Of a stretch of 20,000 nt of DNA, positions 16,165-20,000 are shown piece after piece (positions within the stretch are counted from its first letter, which is position 1; the number at the start of each line of letters is the position of its first letter). Both the position numbers and the translations under genes were made by a program. Origin of the DNA: an uncultured virus (IMG/VR IMGVR_UViG_3300042309_000903) (taxonomy: Duplodnaviria > Heunggongvirae > Uroviricota > Caudoviricetes); IMG/VR virus record IMGVR_UViG_3300042309_000903; one strand, given 5' to 3'. The notes under the pieces were generated by a model that searched no databases, was not told the origin of the DNA, and saw only the letters and a program-made list of their open reading frames with translations.

Positions 16165-16180
16165 TATTACATAAAGTGTA

Positions 16181-16381
16181 CTAAATTAAAGTAGATTCAG
16201 GGTCCCAAACAGATAGTGACTTTGATGTTAAAGCTGTTTGTTTATCTTTTGCGTGGTGTCCACAAAACATTAGCTCACCATTAAGAAGTGTAAAGACTAC
16301 TTTTGCGGCGGCACTACAGGAATCGCAACGGTCATTCAAAGTAAGTGGTTCTCGCGCAGTTACTTCTTGTGTCTCTGTCAT
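16181..16381 (-). CDS. DUF7455-like actinobacterial Zn-ribbon protein
   Basis: [16 protein letters not shown]...[21 protein letters not shown]. Confidence 0.75.
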   Translation of the reverse strand: MTETQEVTAREPLTLNDRCDSCSAAAKVVFTLLNGELMFCGHHAKDKQTALTSKSLSVWDPESTLI

Positions 16382-16399
16382 TGCCGCTCCTTTGTTTGG

Positions 16400-16427
16400 T
16401 GAGCAGTTTTAGAACATGCTCAGGTTC
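16400..16427 (-). other. Structured RNA element (H-type pseudoknot or bulged hairpin)
   Basis: GAAC-C-TGAGCA-T-GTTC-TAAAAC-TGCTCA. Confidence 0.5.
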
Positions 16428-16436
16428 ATAAGCTTA

Positions 16437-16931
16437 CTACAGGATTGCGATTTTCTTAGGTTTTAACTCCTCAGGAAGTTCACGCTCAACTGTAATTACA
16501 AGCAAACCATCCTTTAACGATGCTTTTGCAATTTTCATGTACTCGCCAAGAACAAACTGCTGTTCCCAGGTGCGTTCAGCGATACCTTGATGGACAAACT
16601 CTTCTTTGCCCTTTTCAACTTTATTGCTCTTTACAATTAACAAGTCGTTGTCAACAGTGATGTCAATGTCGTCCTTTGAATATCCAGCTACAGCTAGCTC
16701 AACACTGTAGTTGTCATCATCAACCTTAATAATATTATAAGGAGGGAAAGACGTTGTTTTCTTTACATCAGTTAGATGCTTCCAACGTGTAATTTGGTCG
16801 TGAAATCCCAAGAAAAATTGGTCAGCAAAAATTTGTTCCAAAGATGGGATAACTGTTTTGATTGTTGCTATTTGAGGTTGCTTTGGGAAAGACTCTTCCC
16901 ATTTCATTGAATGTGGGTGGCCTGATGCCAT
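16437..16931 (-). CDS. hsp20: Small heat-shock protein, Hsp20/IbpA family
   Basis: FPPYNIIK.DDDNY.VELAVAGYSKDDI, FVHQGIAER and ASLKDGLLVI..ERELPEELKPKKI. Start ATG 16931 after AAGGAG. Confidence 0.93.
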   Translation of the reverse strand: MASGHPHSMKWEESFPKQPQIATIKTVIPSLEQIFADQFFLGFHDQITRWKHLTDVKKTTSFPPYNIIKVDDDNYSVELAVAGYSKDDIDITVDNDLLIVKSNKVEKGKEEFVHQGIAERTWEQQFVLGEYMKIAKASLKDGLLVITVERELPEELKPKKIAIL

Positions 16932-16996
16932 AATATATCTCCTTAGACGATATAAGTTAGTTGAGCCCCAATCGGCGGCTCTATCCAATTATAACA
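16932..16996 (-). promoter_or_regulatory. hsp20 extended -10 promoter and structured 5' UTR
   Basis: TGTTATAAT at 16988-16996, followed by two hairpins; the second covers the SD. Confidence 0.65.
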
Positions 16997-17011
16997 TCAA
17001 AAAGATAAAAA

Positions 17012-17215
17012 TTATTTCTTCCAACCCTTTGGTCGCTTACCGTATTGATAAGGGCCTGGGTCGTGGTATGGGTCGTAGGGCGCACTTGTTGCTTGCTGGT
17101 TACGGCGCCTTAAATGAACAGTCTCGTCAGGATGCTCGCGTTCCCACTTAGGTTCTTTTGGCTTTTCATCTCCAGGAAGTCTGTACTCATCAAACTGGTC
17201 AGACGAAGAAATCAC
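17012..17215 (-). CDS. Hypothetical protein
   Basis: 67 aa, GTGA overlap with the HNH gene. Confidence 0.7.
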   Translation of the reverse strand: MISSSDQFDEYRLPGDEKPKEPKWEREHPDETVHLRRRNQQATSAPYDPYHDPGPYQYGKRPKGWKK

Positions 17216-17508
17216 TTCTCGTTTTCTTTCTTTCCTGCGCGACGCTTGTTCTCTTTAGCAGTGTTCTTACTACGAGAGATAGCACGAAGGTTTCCCTTTG
17301 AGTCATTGTTATGGTTGTTGTCCTTGTGGTCTACGGTTGTGTCCTTAGACTTAATCTTGCCGTTCTTAGACTCGTAATCGGCGCGGGCCTTATTCTTAGA
17401 AGTAGTGTGCCACTTACCGTCTTTACCCTTGGTCTTGTAAACGTAAATAGGGCGTCCACCATTAGCGTCAGAGCCTTTGTAAGGGCCAAACTTCTTGGTC
17501 TCAGCCAT
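17212..17508 (-). CDS. HNH endonuclease-like protein
   Basis: TVDHKDNNHNNDSKGNLRAISRSKNT (DH..N..N...NL......N). Start ATG 17508 with TAATG overlap. Confidence 0.75.
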   Translation of the reverse strand: MAETKKFGPYKGSDANGGRPIYVYKTKGKDGKWHTTSKNKARADYESKNGKIKSKDTTVDHKDNNHNNDSKGNLRAISRSKNTAKENKRRAGKKENEK

Positions 17509-17777
17509 TAACAGTCCCACGCCCTTCTTGCCTTGTTTAGGCGGCTGTCTGGGTCTTTAGCTGCCTTTGGAAACTTCTTTGCTTGACCGGCAGAACGTGC
17601 ACAATAAGATTTACGACGAGCAGCAGATTTTTCAGACTTTGCTGCTTGTTCCTTCTTTACAGGTGGCTTTAGGTCTGAACCAGGGTTAGCACGCTCATAA
17701 GACTTGCGGCCCTTTTCATTAAGGCCACCCTTAGCGTTCTTACCTTCTTTGCGTTGCCATGCTTCTGACTTAGCCAT
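17508..17777 (-). CDS. Small basic protein, DUF6321-like
   Basis: AWQRKEGKN.KGGLNEKGRKSYER.NPGSDLK.PV...RRKSYCAR...DPDSRLNKARRAWDC, recognised by eye as a widespread aquatic-phage domain. Confidence 0.7.
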   Translation of the reverse strand: MAKSEAWQRKEGKNAKGGLNEKGRKSYERANPGSDLKPPVKKEQAAKSEKSAARRKSYCARSAGQAKKFPKAAKDPDSRLNKARRAWDC

Positions 17778-17958
17778 TTTTCTTATGCCAATCCTTAGTA
17801 GCTTTTACACCTTGCTTAATTGTCTTAGACCCTGCTTTTTTTGTCAGGTTAATCTTATCGTACTTGCCTTTATTACCTGCGTGGTCGACGATAACTTCGC
17901 CCTTTTTGTTTTTCTTAATAGTGTGCTTTTCGCCAGAAACTTTAATAGTTTTAGCCAT
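17770..17958 (-). CDS. Small Lys-rich hypothetical protein
   Basis: Likely start is ATG 17958 (MAKTIKVSGEKH), with TAATG overlap. Confidence 0.72.
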   Translation of the reverse strand: MAKTIKVSGEKHTIKKNKKGEVIVDHAGNKGKYDKINLTKKAGSKTIKQGVKATKDWHKKNG

Positions 17959-18059
17959 TATGCAGGTCCAGAGATAGTACAGATACATTTGCAAGTGTCA
18001 TCCACGCAAACAGTGTAATCCATCTCGTGCGTGCACTTTTTACAGTGAAGTGTTTTCAT
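17958..18059 (-). CDS. Cys-rich microprotein (33 aa)
   Basis: MKTLHCKKCTHEMDYTVCVDDTCKCICTISGPA; its stop overlaps the next ATG. Confidence 0.55.
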   Translation of the reverse strand: MKTLHCKKCTHEMDYTVCVDDTCKCICTISGPA

Positions 18060-18088
18060 AGTTAACGTCTCGCAAAAAAGAGTCATTA

Positions 18089-18373
18089 TTAGCTCTCACT
18101 AATATTTGTCATTGCTCCTGGATTTGAGGTCGTAGTAGGAGTTGACCTTGGATTTGTTTGAGGCATAGCTCCTGAAATGTTTGATGCGGTGTTAAGACCA
18201 CGCATAAACGAGGTTCCGCGACTAGTAGCAGTACTTGCAGGGTTTACCGCAGCCTTTGTTACTCCAGAGGCAGCAGAACGTGCCACTCCACCTTCTACAG
18301 CACTAGCTGCGCCTCCACGAATAGCGGCGCTTCCAGCAATACGTGCAACCGCACCAATAATCAGAGGAATCAT
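18089..18373 (-). CDS. Ala/Gly/Ser/Thr-rich hypothetical protein
   Basis: 94 aa, TAATG overlap, AAAGGAG RBS, hydrophobic N-terminus. Confidence 0.72.
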   Translation of the reverse strand: MIPLIIGAVARIAGSAAIRGGAASAVEGGVARSAASGVTKAAVNPASTATSRGTSFMRGLNTASNISGAMPQTNPRSTPTTTSNPGAMTNISES

Positions 18374-18582
18374 TAGCGTTCTCCTTTGTTTCTCTTTGAC
18401 TTGTTAAGCACATCAGATGCGTTAGGTGAAACAGAATACTGTCCATACGATGGTCGTGGCCCACTAAACTGTCCTACATTTGTCATACGAAATTCTTTCA
18501 AACGGGCCGATTCTGTACGTACACCGTCTTTGCCTAAAGCATTCTCTGCGCGAGTAGGTCCTAGTGCTGGGTCTTTAATCAT
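18373..18582 (-). CDS. Hypothetical protein
   Basis: Likely start is ATG 18582 (MIKDPALG) after GAGGA. Confidence 0.68.
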   Translation of the reverse strand: MIKDPALGPTRAENALGKDGVRTESARLKEFRMTNVGQFSGPRPSYGQYSVSPNASDVLNKSKRNKGER

Positions 18583-18814
18583 AGATTTTATCCTCTGGTT
18601 CGGAGTCTTTAACACCAGTAATTTTATTTGCTAGTGGGTTTCCTTTTGGACGTCGACGGTCAGTTGGTGCTGGATTTGCAGCCGCACATTCTTCAGGTGT
18701 GCTGTGGAAGACATTGCTTCCTCTTGCACCTCTAGTCTTTACTTCGTTTACTTTTCCTGCAATTGGTTTTCCGCAAGAATCACAACTTGGAAACTGTCCT
18801 TTATCTGGATTCAT
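18575..18814 (-). CDS. Hypothetical protein with a CxxC...H...C motif
   Basis: CDSCGKPI...FHSTPEEC; ATGA overlap. Confidence 0.7.
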   Translation of the reverse strand: MNPDKGQFPSCDSCGKPIAGKVNEVKTRGARGSNVFHSTPEECAAANPAPTDRRRPKGNPLANKITGVKDSEPEDKIYD

Positions 18815-19158
18815 TTTCTGAGCGGTCCTCTTGCTGCTGGTCCTTCAGCTTGTGATTCAGCAACAGCCATTCCTTCATTACCGACGTTAGCCTCTATGTA
18901 CTCAAACTGCGGAGTACGCTTACTAGGGATACCCGCGTTTAATGGTGGCTCTTGCATGATGGCTTCAGCACTCTGTTCGTTAACTCGACCCTGACCGCGG
19001 ACAAACTCTTTAGTACGATTAGCGGCCCACTCTTGGTCGGCTGCTTCTGCTTGTTCTTTGGTAATGCCTGCACCATGCTTTTCAATCATAAATTTAACAG
19101 CATCTGGATGGTAGTTATCTTCCAGCGTTTTATACTTGCGAACCGGTGGTTTAGCCAT
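18811..19158 (-). CDS. Hypothetical protein
   Basis: 115 aa, coupled to both neighbours by start/stop overlaps. Confidence 0.75.
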   Translation of the reverse strand: MAKPPVRKYKTLEDNYHPDAVKFMIEKHGAGITKEQAEAADQEWAANRTKEFVRGQGRVNEQSAEAIMQEPPLNAGIPSKRTPQFEYIEANVGNEGMAVAESQAEGPAARGPLRK

Positions 19159-19454
19159 TACTCAGTCAAACCTAAGAATCGTGAGGCTTTTGCAATGCTG
19201 TTATGAAAAGTTTGTAGACGGCTTCCTGAATCTTCTGCAGATGTGGCAGGAGCCTTCTTTGCATCCATACGACGGTCCACTTCTTGATGAAGTGACTTAG
19301 GGTCATATGAAACAGCGAAATCAATAGGGTCGGTAGAGTTGACTATCTTTGCGCGTTCTTCTCGCCACTCTTTACCAGGGAATGCAACAACACGACGGTC
19401 GCTGGTTTCTCTACGAACTATGCCTGCAGCAATAGGTCCAAACTTCTCGGCCAT
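19158..19454 (-). CDS. Hypothetical protein
   Basis: 98 aa, TAATG overlaps on both sides. Confidence 0.75.
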   Translation of the reverse strand: MAEKFGPIAAGIVRRETSDRRVVAFPGKEWREERAKIVNSTDPIDFAVSYDPKSLHQEVDRRMDAKKAPATSAEDSGSRLQTFHNSIAKASRFLGLTE

Positions 19455-20000
19455 TAGTTGCCCTTCAGTGGTCGTGGTTGAGTGTAACCTTCGCGGGCGG
19501 CAGTTCCTGTTGCATCACGATGCAAACGGTCTTCCATGCCAATACCTACGTGAGCTGGGTGAATATCAAATTCAAAGACACCAGAACGTGGATGCCATTC
19601 CATGCTACTTGTATTACCTTCGTGTGTTTGTTCAACACGGTGACGTCCGCCGCCTGCTTTACCAATTTTAGTTTTTGTAACTTTTGTACCTTGTGCAGCA
19701 TCAGTTGTTCGTACAGCTCCGCCTCTTACTTTTCCACCCTTAGTTAAGCAAGATGCACCTGTGCACTGAACCATAACTGCTTGTCGTGAACCTCCACGAC
19801 GCTTTGTCTCTGGCACATGCTCTGTTGGAACAATTTCACCTTTACCTGGGCCAATTGATTTTGAGCAGTGCAAACACTTTCCTGGATAACGATTAACAGG
19901 AACACCAGCTTCACGTGCGCCTTTAGCAGTAGCAAAATCAATAGTGGTGCCGTACTCTTCTACATCACGAGATGGGTCGTAACCTTCTCCGTTTGGTCCA
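19454..20000 (-). CDS. Hypothetical protein with a Zn-finger motif and possible GNAT-like C-terminus (partial, start outside the window)
   Basis: The frame stays open from 19873 to the window end (GPNGEGYDPSRDVEEYG...NRYPGKCLHCSKSIGPGKG). The C-terminus reads FDIHPAHVGIGMEDRL. Confidence 0.65.
   Translation of the reverse strand, partial: GPNGEGYDPSRDVEEYGTTIDFATAKGAREAGVPVNRYPGKCLHCSKSIGPGKGEIVPTEHVPETKRRGGSRQAVMVQCTGASCLTKGGKVRGGAVRTTDAAQGTKVTKTKIGKAGGGRHRVEQTHEGNTSSMEWHPRSGVFEFDIHPAHVGIGMEDRLHRDATGTAAREGYTQPRPLKGN

Noticed and set aside
17114..19747. Numerous plus-strand ORFs of 60-110 aa
   Set aside because: All lie opposite tightly coupled minus-strand genes and lack RBS or protein-like composition.
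1..20000. Alternative genetic code, tRNA genes, integrase or transposase, diversity-generating retroelement
   Set aside because: Genes tile densely in the standard code using TAA, TAG and TGA stops. No cloverleaf, recombinase, reverse transcriptase or template/variable repeat pair was seen.

Overview
A 20-kb segment of a tailed dsDNA phage genome (Caudoviricetes). The host is probably actinobacterial, inferred from a DUF7455-like Zn-ribbon gene, a PASTA-like protein, the holin type and apparently leaderless genes. Almost all genes are on the minus strand. Left to right the window holds: a partial head-completion/Ig-like structural gene, a small head-associated gene, an N4-gp56-type major capsid protein, scaffold, portal, two small genes and the terminase large subunit. 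Next come small accessory genes (KTSC, Zn-binding), two holin-like genes, a lone plus-strand lytic transglycosylase and a PASTA-like/beta-repeat protein. These are followed by a translationally coupled cell-envelope operon (Pro-rich exported stalk protein, 2-TM microprotein, lipoprotein, 2-TM protein, CHAP hydrolase, Zn-finger microprotein), an Hsp20, an HNH gene and a run of small basic or disordered proteins. The most interesting signals are non-coding. They are a promoter-hairpin-terminator sRNA candidate with an anti-Shine-Dalgarno-like loop in front of terL, a non-canonical promoter motif present four times, a duplicated palindromic operator/promoter, a ROSE-like thermometer candidate before hsp20 and a compact H-type pseudoknot after it. 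All family assignments come from motif recognition by eye; no searches were run.
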